Assembly (NCBI GenBank): GCA_965645245.1
Contig: OZ287087.1
Coordinates: 248,001 to 312,000, forward strand
Length of the DNA: 64,000 bases
DNA from: Massalongia carnosa
Lineage: Eukaryota
Direction: 5' to 3'
This document shows positions 13,001 through 25,024 of the stretch, piece by piece (the stretch's first letter is position 1; each line of letters opens with the position of its first letter). The notes beneath the pieces were generated by a model. It did not search any database and was not told the origin of the DNA. It was given only the letters and a program-made list of their open reading frames with translations. The position numbers and the translations under genes were made by a program.

Positions 13001-13350
13001 CAGGACGCAAGAGGGCCCCAGTCATCACTCCAGGAACGCTGAAATACGCCTGGCCAAGAGAATCACATCGGAGGCACATAACCCTCCAACACCGACACCA
13101 AATCCACCATGGGCCGAATCCCCCCCGAATTTCGCCCGAGAAATAGGGGAGGCACGCGCCGCTCATAACAAAATAACTGCTCAAATCAAAAAAACGACAC
13201 ACATTTGCATGGCAGGCCTCGTGGAGATCATATCAGGAACGCACACCCGTTCCCACCCCGGCACAATCAGGTTCACTCTCCAAAAAACGCATCAAATTGC
13301 ACGAAACTCTAGCCAAAGCGGAGAGCGCGCTAGCCATTCACGCTCAGAAT
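10080..13350 (+). mobile_element. Tad1-like LINE fragment (3' part of RT ORF2), interrupted by a pogo element
   Basis: Removing 10104-12282 rejoins the in-frame RT segment YNADLLDI-CERPGSNTSALGFVDD. It is followed by WASRHGSVFAPKKYELIH, ILGLQIDSKLKW, YTAVVRPAMTYGS and IAGAFKATP. Confidence 0.88.
10104..12280 (-). mobile_element. pogo/Fot1-family DNA transposon with frameshifted transposase
   Basis: ~42-bp TIRs CGGGATTTCCCGGTGAAACGCCGAACCCGGTGA, TA TSD at 10102-3 and 12281-2. Psq/CENP-B HTH and DDE_1 motifs (YNW(A)EKGF, VVDGHSS, LQPLD) spread over ORFs 11427-12374, 10915-11442 and 10268-10918. Confidence 0.93.
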
Positions 13351-13351
13351 A

Positions 13352-14242
13352 GCACGCGGGTGACAAAATAAATTGCAACGTGTAAGCGAATTTACCCCTG
13401 AATGCCCCATCAAAACACCCTCCTTTTTTTCAACTTTTTATCTCATCATCAATGTCTCGACCCAAAAAGCCTCATTATGATACTCCCACAAAGGCCAAAG
13501 TTCAAGGAGCTTATCAATTTCTCATCTCACATGCAATTCCATTCGATCCACGGGCCATTTTTCAGGAATTTGGCGTGGCCGAGCGCGCGGGCTATAACAT
13601 CATCAAAAGCGGAGCTTCTTCTCGCACACGTCACAATTCTTCTCTCGTTGAGACTCGGGGTCGAAAGCGAAAGATTAGTGATGATCAGCTGAAGGAGGCA
13701 GATCACATTCTGCAGGATCAAGATCTACAATTGGAAGGAAAACGCTACACATGGGATGCTTTAGCACAGGAGATTGGGGCCGACGTGATGGGACGTACAA
13801 TGAAGAGAACTCTTACAGCTGCCTTGAATTATCACAAATGTCTAGCCTGTGTCAAAGGGTGGCTGGCAATGGCATCAGAAGAAAGAAGAGAAGAATTTGC
13901 TACAGTTATGTTAAATAAATATCCTCGGTCCGAAGACTAGCATCGCGTACGATTCAGCGATGAGATTCATTTTGGCTACGGGCCTGAAGGACAGTTACGA
14001 ATCATTCGTAAGCCCGGAACAAGATATCGTTGGGATTGTATTCAGCATCGTGATGCACCACCTGAGAAAGATCGTAAAAGAAAGCGCTGCTGGGCAGCAG
14101 GTGGTTACAATTTCAAGTCGGATATCTACTTCTACGATGTGCCCAGCAATAACAATGGAAAAATGACTCATCAGGTGTATATTGACGCTATTCTTGATCC
14201 CGTCGTCAAGCCCTGGTTGGAGCGTGGAGATGACTTCGTACT
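13352..14242 (+). mobile_element. Truncated Tc1/mariner transposon, same family as 2651
   Basis: TA then CACGCGGGTGACAAAAT. ORF 13452-13940 continues past a TAG with VRFSDEIHFG...KPWLERGDDFVL, where it is cut by a copia LTR. Confidence 0.85.
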
Positions 14243-17200
14243 TATTGTAATAGAAGCTCTGCTGGCATAGTAAAAAGCTCACTTTTGAAACGATTGATAT
14301 TTCTATCTACCTATCTAAGGACTGTGTTTATATAGATAGAAAAACATGCCGAAAACCGTTCTCCCTATGACTCACCTTCCTGCTTCCTAGAAATCTAAGA
14401 TTGGTGATTGACTCATATCCAATTTATGACTCGATGGGAATGTTCATAGAAGTTTTGCGGTGCTTCTCGAGGTCGTTATGTGTTGCCTAATGTTCTTACC
14501 AACGCACTAATCCCAATGCGGTACCATGTGACTCTGAACACTTTACTAGGCATCAGCCGGGTGACTTTGCACATTACAACACTCCCACTGCAAAGTTGCC
14601 AGGTGAGTAATAATATCCTAAACGCCGGTTTCCAATCTGATTTTGTGTGGCCTATGTGGTCAATTTAGGTGGCCTTATGATGAAGCGTCCTCCATCTTCC
14701 TATGCCTCTCTTAGGCCTAATTTCTCGCGCAACTTTCGAAAGATAGGTGCCGCCAGTGGTTTAGTGAAGATATCTGCCACCATATCGTGAGTGGATACGT
14801 GCTGTATAGTGGCATAGTTGTCTTCAACGACCTCCCGAAGATAATGAAGCTGAATATCCATATGTTTGGACCGACTATGGTGCTCAGGGTTTTTTATCAA
14901 ATCGAGCGTACCCTGGTTGTCGCCATTTAGGATAATTGGTAGGTTCATATCTTTGGAGAAGTTCAACTCTCCGAACCATCTAGTTGCCCACACTATATCT
15001 TTTGAAGCCTGGCACATGGAAGAATACTCTGCTTCCATGGTGGATGTGACGACTGACCGTTGCCTCTTACTGGCCCATATAACTGCCCCGTTTCCTAGCA
15101 GCAGAACGTGGCCATATGATGATTTTCTATCATGGTTATCACCATACGCTGCATCAGCATAACTAGTGGGTCCGGTGTCATTGGGTTCGTAGGTAAGTGC
15201 CAAATTCGTGGTCCCATTCAGATATTTTATGAGATGGTCTACCGCGTTTCGGTGCCTAATTGCTGGATCGTGCGTATATTGACTAAGCTTTCCAACTGCT
15301 TGGGCAATGTCTGGTCGCGTGTTGATCATCAAAAACATCAAACTCCCTATCCGTTCTTGATATTCTAATTGGTTTGTCCTAGGTTCGTTGACGATGGCAG
15401 GACTGCATGCATCATAGTTGATCATAGGGGTAAGGACTGAATTTGCTTTATCCATCTTATATTTCTGCAGGAAGCTGCGAATGTAAGATGATTGGTCAAT
15501 CATTATTTTGTCTTTCTCGCGACGCATGCGAATCCCTAAGATGAACTTTGCTGGCCCTAAGTCTTTCATATTATATTCCTTTATTAGTAGAATTTTGAGC
15601 TCCTTTATGGCTGTCATGCTTTTGGAAAATATCAGAAAATCATCAACATAAAGGCTAATGATAACGTGGGTAGTGTGATTAACGAACCACAATTGTCTCC
15701 TGAGAGCGCTTTGAAACCAATGGATGTTACATAATTGGTTATCTTTTTATTCCATCCTCGGCCAGATTGTTTGAGACCATAGAGTCGTTTCAGAACGCGC
15801 AACACATGGTTCGTCAGATGTGGGGGAAGCACCAAGCCTTGGGGAGGCTCCATATAGATTTCGTCATCTAGGGAGCTTTTCAAGTATGCGTTTGGTGCGT
15901 CCATTTGCTCAATATGGAAGTTATATTTACATGCGAAAGATAGGAGCATTCGTAAAGATTCATACCTTAGGGTGGGTGAAAACGTGTCCCCATAGTCTGT
16001 CCCGGAGATTTGTTTGAAGCCCCTTGCTACTAATCGTGCTTTATAGCGGTCAACATGGTTAGTAGGGGTGTATTTCACTTTGAAGACCTATCTAGCGGTG
16101 ATGATGTTCTTATCTGCTGGTCTTTCAACATATTTCCATGTATTATTGGCGGCGAGAGCATTTAATTCGTCTTGAATAGCAACTTTCCATTTGTGATGGT
16201 CAGTGCATTGCATGGCCTGATTATATGACTGCGGCTCGTACACTTTGGATGGTTGTTTGCTATATTTGCCCGGTCCCGGTCCTTTTTGTTTCCATAAGAG
16301 TTATCGAATTCGTATCGGTTATACACATCTTTCCTGCGGTTGGAACATCTGGTAGGTGATGAAGAAGGGTCCTATTTGTCTCCTGAGTTTGGTTGTTTTG
16401 GTGCTGGGCACCTGCATCATCTTGGTGCAGATTATCCTGAGCACCTGCATCATCATCCTGATGCTGAATACCATCGCCCTGGTGCTGATCACCATTAGTA
16501 GGAACTCCCACTTGATCAGTAGTAGGGTGATTGGTTGGTGGTGACGATTCATCGTCATCGGAAGAGTCATCGTCATTTAGGACGACGGACGGGGATGATA
16601 GGCCTTTTGTAAGTAAGGATCCCCCCGGTCTTTTTTCATCAAACTTTATTGAAGTCTGAATTTCCACCTTTTTTGTTTCCACATTGTATAACCTATATTG
16701 ATTGCTTGAATGATACCCGGTGAATATTGCCTGATATGACACATTATCTAGTTTGGAGCGTTTTTCCTTTGGGACATGCACAAAAGAGACGCATCCGAAC
16801 GTACGAAGAGTGTTGATGTTAGGTCTTAGCCCGGTCCAAGACTCATTAGGCGACGTGGTGTTGGTGGTAGGTAAGAAGTTTCTGAGGTGGTTTGCTGCTA
16901 CTGCTGCTTCCCCCCAGAAAGATTGTGGCAATTTGGCCCATACCAACATAGACCTTACCATTTGAACAATGGTTCTATTGAACCTTTCGGCGACACCGTT
17001 CTGCTGGGGCGTGTATGCGGTGGTTGGCTCCATACGAATTCCTAATGGCTGAAGTTGCTCTGCGAGATATTTATACTCTTTGGCATTATCAGCACGAAAG
17101 CGAATGATTTTGAGCCCCTTTTCCAACTCGACCATTGCCTTCTAGTCTTTTATGATGCGGTATATGTCTGCCCTACTTTTCATACAGAAGAGCCAAGATT

Positions 17201-19446
17201 TTCGGGTATAGTCGTCTATCAAAGAAACGAAATAGGTATGCCCACCTAAACTGGCCTTCTTATATGGACCCCAAACGTCAGTATGTATTCTATCGAGTGG
17301 TCTATTTGCCTTCGAGAAAGGAATTTTGCTGATTGTACGGGTCATCTTAGTTAAATTGCAAATCTGGCACGGTAGGTCCAGAATTGCCTTTGAAAATTTC
17401 TTCCCTGTTGCTTGTTGAAGTCGTATATCATTGGGGTGCCCCAATCGTGTGTGCCATAACCAATATTGGGCCTCATTGGTGGCCTCATTGGTGGTCTCTT
17501 TGGGTGCTCCCACTGGATCGCTATCGATGCAGTCAGGGGTAATAGGAGGAGGAGTTTTGGGTTGAATTTCGCCGGAGGAAAGCGAGGTCAGATATGTGGT
17601 TGATTTAAAGTTTGCCGGTGGTTCGGGGCCATCTAAATCATCATTTTCATCATGGGCTTCGAGGGCCACATGAGATGTGTGGAGGAAGTACGCCCGTCCC
17701 CTAAGAATTCCGGTAGCGACCAAAGTACCATCCCTGAAAATCTCGACACCTCTCCGGTTAAGTGAAACGTTCAAACCCTTCCGATTAAGGGCTGCAATTG
17801 ATAGCAAGTTGACGTCTAGTTCAGGCACGAATAGAACGTCTGTCATCCGGATATTTTTCCAATCGATATTGGTGCAAATCGTACCTACTCCTACGGAGAA
17901 GAGTTTTTCGCCGTTTGCAATTCTAATGGTGGTCCGGTATGGCTTGATTTGGGTGAAGATCGATTTGTTGTATGTCATATGCCTGGAGGCTCCTGAGTCA
18001 ATTACCCATCCAGGTGAGTGTTGATCATCTTGCGCCATCCACGCACTATCCTCACTATCACTATTCGATTCATCCTTTGCTGCTCGTGCTGCCCCCCTTC
18101 CTCTCGGTTTGTTTTTGGACTGCTTGTTATCACTCTTTGATTTTCGGTTATTTTCTGGTCTAGGTTTCACCTCATAAGGGTGTTCTTTGACCCATTTTTT
18201 ACCTTCATCTGTGTTGTCCTGCCAGTCCCAGCAATCATTGCTATTATGCCTCTTTGGGCAATGTGAGCATTTGGGGATTGCCTTACCCTTGTTAATGGCC
18301 TTATTGGCCGTCTCGGTCTCTTGCCCATCTTTTAGTCGTTGCTCCACCCGTTTTAGGCTTTCCAGAGTCTTTTCTAATGTGGGATCACCAAGGTCTTCAA
18401 GGATGAACTTCGCGGTGCCATAAGCTGGGTCCTTAATGGCGTTCATGAGGGTCATGGCCACAGACAGATCTGATGGCTGTTCTGAAGTCTTTATATCTGC
18501 GATTTCCATCGCAAGGTTCTGCAATTCATTGGCGACCTCATCGATGGGTTGATCGACTGACATTTCATATGTATAGAATTTTCTGTGAAGCACACATATT
18601 CTGCTTTTGGCTTTGACTCCATGGACGTTCCTCAATGCTGCCCAAACATCCTTTGCGGTCTCCTTGTTCCTAACAGTGACATATTGAGACTTTTCTATAT
18701 TGCCCCTGATCCAGAGCTGTGCCTGAGTGTCATCAGTAAACCATTCCTCATAGTCTTTTGGATGGGTGACAGGGTCTGGAGAAGAAATGGCCCCGTTTAC
18801 TATCCTCCACATCCTTTTAGATTTGAGAAGAAGTTGCATGTCATCGGCCCAGGTCAGATAGTTGTTGGACCCAAGCTTCGGCTCTACTTTATAGTCTCCT
18901 TTTCGAATGGCTTTTGAATATGATCCATCAGGGGTTGTGCCCTCTTTCGCGGGGAGCTGCGGAATCGCTCTCTTTTCCAGACATGGTCCAATAATAGGAA
19001 AACTGATGGATGGAACGAAGAGAAGTATGGCTTTGAAACTTTGAAAAACAACAGAATAGATAGATTAATTTATGCGGAAGAAAAAATTGCTTTCCGGGCT
19101 CATAACCTATTGTAATTGAAGCTCTGCTGGCATAGTAAAAAGCTCACTTTTGAAACGATTGATATTTCTATCTACCTATCTAAGGACTGTGTTTATATAG
19201 ATAGAAAAACATGCCGAAAACCGTTCTCCCTATGACTCACCTTCCTGCTTCCTAGAAATCTAAGATTGGTGATTGACTCATATCCAATTTATGACTCGAT
19301 GGGAATGTTCATAGAAGTTTTGCGGTGCTTCTCGAGGTCGTTATGTGTTGCCTAATGTTCTTACCAACGCACTAATCCCAATGCGGTACCATGTGACTCT
19401 GAACACTTTACTAGGCATCAGCCGGGTGACTTTGCACATTACAACA
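14243..19446 (-). mobile_element. Ty1/copia LTR retrotransposon C1, full length but with disrupted ORF
   Basis: 339-bp LTRs 14243-14581 and 19108-19446, nearly identical. PBS 19096-19107; PPT next to 14582. Order gag - PR (WVIDSGASRHM) - IN (WHTRLGH, IHTDVWGP, RADNAKEY, NGVAER) - RT (LYVDD) - RH (YADA, DNQG, ADIFTK), broken by stops and frameshifts. Confidence 0.95.
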
Positions 19447-19721
19447 CATGGCTGTGAATTAAGTCCAGCGGGTGCTTGCCTGGTTGGATGGGGGCCCGGT
19501 GTGGTTCTACTTGGGACTGAGCGATGGCGCACGGAGGACAGGCGTCTTGGGGCGGGGGCTTGGTGAGGTCCATTCCTTTTGACATGCCAGCGAGCTTGAG
19601 AATGTTTTGATTTCCAAGATGGCCTAAACGAGCGTGCCACATTTTTATCGCCTCGCTATTAATTGCAGCGAGAGCGAGAGCGGCTTCAGAGACGTTCCAC
19701 ATGTTCAGGATATACAGATTG

Positions 19722-22189
19722 TGTAGAAGTATGAGGTTATTCATTGTTGTTATATTAATGATTCTATGACTCTACTTCTAAGGTCTGAAATCCTCCTAGT
19801 CCAGGATGCGTGCCGCATACCGGAATAGGTCTACTGTTACACGTGACCATAATAATGTCTAGCGCCATAGGTTGGTATCCAACACCCCCCCACAAGCTAT
19901 GCGCTAGTTACGTAAGAATCGCCCACGCTAACGAATCGATTTTTATCTCGTTTTTTCTGGAAGAATCAGCAGCTGTTGGTTGCATCGGTTCATTGGTAGG
20001 TTGTGGCTTCAGGATCACTCCTTCGCGACCGTCTTTCAGGCTGAGGCGAAGGCGCACCTTTCCACGGCCTGGTGAAACCCCATCTGCAGTTGAGCCTCCG
20101 ATCCGGGTAGGCTTTTCGTGGTACTCAGTCATCAAGCTTCGATCATTGCACACGTGCACGTCCGCCGCGCTGTCAACCAGCCAGGAAGCGTCTCTCGGCC
20201 CTTTGACCGCTAGCACCTTTGGTTGTCAACTTTCGCGGGACGGGGTCTCGGAAGGGCTCTCTGTCTGGCTTTGGAGGTTTTGCCTAGAGCCTTTTGTTCT
20301 CATCTGATGCAGCGAGTGTTTTGGCCGAAGTTCGGGGTATCTCAGGAAACAACGGTCTGTGTAGTGCTGTGTATTTCCCTTCTTGATGCAATCTGAGTTT
20401 GTGCAGGTCCCCGGGGGTGCTCGATTACTAGGCTTTGGTGGTTTGGAGGTGAAGAGTGCCGATTGTTTGGGTGTGCCGGATTGTCCTGGAGTTTGGTCGT
20501 TCTCTTTCCTGATTTCTGCAAACCGGATAAGCTTTTTAGTGCTCTCGGCGATGTTTGTGTTCCCCATTTTCCACTCTGTCTCCATCATAGAGACGATCCC
20601 CGAGTATTCGTTTCCCATCCCAGTGAGCAGTCCTGCCTGCAGGAGTACCTCGGCTCCTTTTGCGGGGATCTCGGAATCTGTGGGAATGAGGCCGCACACA
20701 GTGTCGTAGGCCTCTTGGTATTTGCTGCAATATTCGTGAATGTCTGTGCAGTCCGATAGTCGTAATTTGGTGGTCTCCAGGATGAGTCGCGAGATGCTCA
20801 TTAGAGAGATGTGCTGAAATTTCGTTTGTAGGGTTTCCCACATTTCCTTGGCTTCTTTGCCCTCGATAGCTGCTTGGTGTTTGGAGGCTACCGAGTTTTT
20901 GATGATGCCCTCCGCTTTGCTCAGGGAGGCTCGGTGCTCTTTAATTTCGGTGGAGAGGGCAGTCCAGAGTGCTTGGGCCGTCATTTCGGTGGGTTTGAAG
21001 CCCATGGCTATGATGTCCGATCTGACGGACTCCTTCGTTGGCTCTGGCTTTCCGGTGACTGCCCAGGCGCAGTCCTTCTGCTTGAGCTCTCCCAGAATGT
21101 AGGATCGCCATAATGTATAGTTCTCGGAGCCTTGGAGAATGATGCGGGGAGCCTTCTCCTGCTCTTCTCGTCGGTCTGACATTTTGTGGTTTTTTGGGCG
21201 AAGAGTTCTCAACGCCTTTGGGTTGTAGGAAGGTGGGTTGCCTTGTAGCTGTTGTGGTATGCGAGCGTCTTCGCTTCGTAACCTTTGGTATATGAGCAAG
21301 TTCTCCGCCTCGTAGCCTTCGGTATGTGAGCGTTCTGCTTCGTATGAGCGTCTTCGCCTCGTAGCCGTCTGGTATGTGAGCGTCTTCGCTTCGTAACCTT
21401 TGGTATATGAGCAAGTTCTCCGCCTCGTAGCCTTCGGTATGTGAGCGTTCTGCTTCGTATGAGCGTCTTCGCCTCGTAGCCGTCTGGTATGTGAGCGTCT
21501 TCGCTTCGTAACCTTTGGTATATGAGCAAGTTCTCCGCCTCGTAGCCTTCGGTATGTGAGCGTTCTGCTTCGTATGAGCGTCTTCGCCTCGTAGCCGTCT
21601 GGTATGTGAGCGTCTTCGCTTCGTAACCTTTGGTATATGAGCAAGTTCTCCGCCTCGTAGCCTTCGGTATGTGAGCGTTCTGCTTCGTATGAGCGTCTTC
21701 GCCTCGTAGCCGTCTGGTATGTGAGCGTTTGCCTCGTAGCCTTTGGTATATGAGCGTTCTACTTCGTATCCTTTCAGTACGTGGGCGTAGCACTCTTCCT
21801 ATCTATTGTGGTAGGTGGTCAGGCGCATTGGCTTGATTCCACACCGCCATTTCAGAATTGGCTCCTTTTGGTAGCCAAGTGGTCTTAACCCTCCCGCCTC
21901 ACACCATTCCTCCTTTTCGGGTAGGAAGTTCTTCGTTCTAGGTGCTTTGCTCTGGGGGGTGTGGGGTATTTGTGGCCTGTCGCTAGCGAAGATTAATGAG
22001 CTTATGCGCTGGCCGGGCTCATAACCTGTAGAAGTATGAGGTTATTCATTGTTGTTATATTAATGATTCTATGACTCTACTTCTAAGGTCTGAAATCCTC
22101 CTAGTCCAGGATGCGTGCCGCATACCGGAATAGGTCTACTGTTACACGTGACCATAATAATGTCTAGCGCCATAGGTTGGTATCCAACA
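19722..22189 (-). mobile_element. Non-autonomous Ty1/copia element C3 (gag + protease, IN/RT/RH deleted)
   Basis: Identical 163-bp LTRs 19722-19884 and 22027-22189, 5-bp TSD GATTG on both sides, PBS 22015-22026, G-run PPT next to 19885. gag from MSDRREEQEK (~21183) and protease WLVDSAADVH. Confidence 0.93.
21265..21724. repeat. Tandem array 4 x 115 bp with internal sub-repeats, in the C3 leader
   Basis: Unit starts at 21265, 21380, 21495 and 21610; a degenerate tail runs to ~21770. Confidence 0.92.
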
Positions 22190-25024
22190 GATTGTTGTCC
22201 TGGCGGCGAGCGGTGATACCATAGTTCCCGATTTGAGTTTCCTCTGGTACAATCTTCAGGGGACATCCATCTCGTTGTAATTGTCCTTGGGAGATGAGAT
22301 TTAGGCCTCCGTCCGGAACGTATAACACATCGAAAAGAGGGAACTCCCGAAGACCCTCGTTACTGGCACACCGCAACATGACGTTACCTATTCCTTTGGG
22401 AATTAATAATCCTCCAATACCTTGAATTGGGGGGGCAATCGGATGTCTTGAATGAGGTGAAGATGGAGCGATCGTGGGTAATATGTTGGCTAGTTCCAGA
22501 GTCATAGATCCAGAGCTTAGATATTTTGGTTATATCCGCGGTGGCCATGTAGGCGCAGAAGGCTCCTTTGGTTAAGTCATTGTTTCCGGTTGGCTTTTGA
22601 CTTTGACCTTGACTTTTGGAATTCCTGCGACGCTTATTGAACTTACGCTGTGAGTCTTGGTTAAGGAGGTGTGGATATTTTTCATGACACTTGCTCTCTA
22701 CGTGATAGTCCTTTCGGCAGTGGTTGCAGTACTTGATGGTCTTGGTGATGATTCGAGAATGGGCTGTTCCGGGTTGAGCTCCTGCTTGGGTTTAAGCGTT
22801 TGAACAGCTGCCATTGCGATTACGGCCTTATCGCTGGACTTGCTTGGGTTGGTCACCGTGTTTTGGAAATGCTGCATAGCCTGACTTAACGTGTGCTTCG
22901 GTTCACCCATTTCATTGAAAGGATCATGATCCTGAGCGTATCGTTGGAAATAGCTGTTGTATTCGAAGCCTAAATTGGTATGGAAGCGATAGATAAGCCA
23001 GTTTTCGTCCAGGCTTAGCTTGCTTGAGAAGGTGCGAAGCTTATTGACCTTGGCACGAAATTGGGTAACGTAGTCTGCGGGGCTGCTGCAATCCGATAGG
23101 ATAAGGTGGTCTAATTTCTGAAGGTGTCATTGAGGAATCCCGAACCGCGAGGCTTATAGTTTGACTCAAGCAGGTCCCAGGCGACGGAAGCAGTAGTATG
23201 GTCTTCTATATCGGTGTAGGCATTTCCTTCACAAGCTAATCGAAGAGCGGTGCAGGCCTTATCTTAGCCCTTTTTCCATTTGTTGAAGCCATCATTGGGA
23301 GCGTTTGGGCGTGGTGCAGCTTCGGTGTTATCACAATAGATCCAAAGATCTATCATTTTGAGGCAATCCCGCATGGCTCGTTTCCATGCTAGATGACCCT
23401 CGTGGTCCATTAGCTTAGGGATCCTATCAATAGCGCTATAGGACCCCGACCCAGAGATTTTTTCACTCATGATGGAAAGGGTTTATTGGAAGAGCTTAAT
23501 ATGGATTGTCCTTGTTAACGGACTGGCTTGAACTGGTATTTTGTTTTACCGGATTCCGACGGAGTGCTATTATAAGTGCTTGGTGGCTTGGTTCTGGCTC
23601 TTAGACCGAAAGGATCACAGTCGCTGGGCGGTTCCAGGTCCGATTTTGATGTGGACTGACCGGGAGTGACTGGAGGCTCAAGGATGATGGTACAAAGCAA
23701 TCCATTTTTTATTGATCTGTGTTATCCTCTGAGAGAAAAGCAACGATTGCCGCACTAGCCGCCTGTAATGTATGTTGAGAATCCCGTTCAAGCCTTGTTG
23801 CCGGCCTATTATTTGGTTGAGGCTCTGAGAGTCATTGGATCTCGGCAAGAGTGCCACGTAGGAATGGGGCAGTGATTGATATAACAGATCTAAATGCAGA
23901 AGCAGATGCAGGTGCAAAGATAGATTTGAGGCATTTAGTTGTGCCTTTGGGATTGATAAATCGAGAGCGTTTTTTGTTGCTCGAAGCCATAATCCTGCAG
24001 TCTTATAACTGATACGCAGATGCTGACTATGAATAGAGGGCAAAATCGATGGCAGAGAGATTGCGTTTTGTTGAAACGCGCCTGGATAATGGGAGGCAGG
24101 TTGTCTGGGACGATAAAGGTACAAGAATAAGTGCTGAATAGCTGAATATTTATTGCACTGAATAGCTACCTGATAACGACTGAATAGATAAAATACATGA
24201 GAAATCAACGCCTTATTATATCTAAAGAATATTACCCCTATTCGGCTTTGCTGACCGAACTTCGCAACTTTCGAATGTACGAAGCCGAAAGGATTGATAA
24301 TCTGATGAGGCCATTGTCGCCATGTATGTCAAAATAGCTACTATAGCTTATTCATCTTCTCGCGGTTTATCATACCGTAAAAGAGTGATTTGAAATCTCA
24401 TCCCGCCACATTAGAAATCGAAACTCGTTAAATATTCTGCGATTTCCCAGTTGAGCTTAGCTAAAAATAGTTATGCGGGAACTCAAGAAAATGCGGCAAC
24501 TTAGGAAATTCGCAACACGTTTCATCCCAATGGATGTCATATTCCCGGTTTTTTGTTGGGAATGTAGATCATCCGAGACATCGAAACGAAGTGCAAGGAG
24601 GTGCCTGTTAAAATCTTTGTTAGCGTTCGTTTAGTAAGGGGCAAAGAAGAAGCCGGGCGCCCGATAGTAGTGCTTAGCCATCTCAAACACTGCCGACTGT
24701 TTCATATGTGTCGATTTTTGTCGGATTTTTTTGTAGGAGATTATTCGCGACGGTAATTGCTTGCGACGGTAAGGAGGCTTGTGTTAGGGTAGGTAAAGTA
24801 AGACAAGCAAACATATGTAAAGAGGCGCCCTGCGGCCGGGCTCATAACCTGTCAAAAGGTAGTGTAGTAGATAGAGGATAGAACGCTTGCTATTGTTCAA
24901 TATAGTGGGAATAGCTAGATTTATAGACAATGTACGGTATGCTAGTATTAGACTAGCGATACGTCTAGCCATTAGCGTGCGCCATTCTCGTGCTGTAGAA
25001 GGTGAGTGCGGCTGAAATGAAGTA

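Noticed and set aside
11872..13146. 424-aa ORF as a single novel gene
   Set aside because: Chance read-through from the antisense strand of the pogo element across its TIR into the LINE RT frame.
21265..21770. Repeat array as a CRISPR or a repeat-protein gene (ORFs 20941-21414, 21209-21793)
   Set aside because: Units are exact tandem copies without unique spacers, there are no cas genes, the context is eukaryotic, and the ORFs are by-products of the repeat inside an LTR element.
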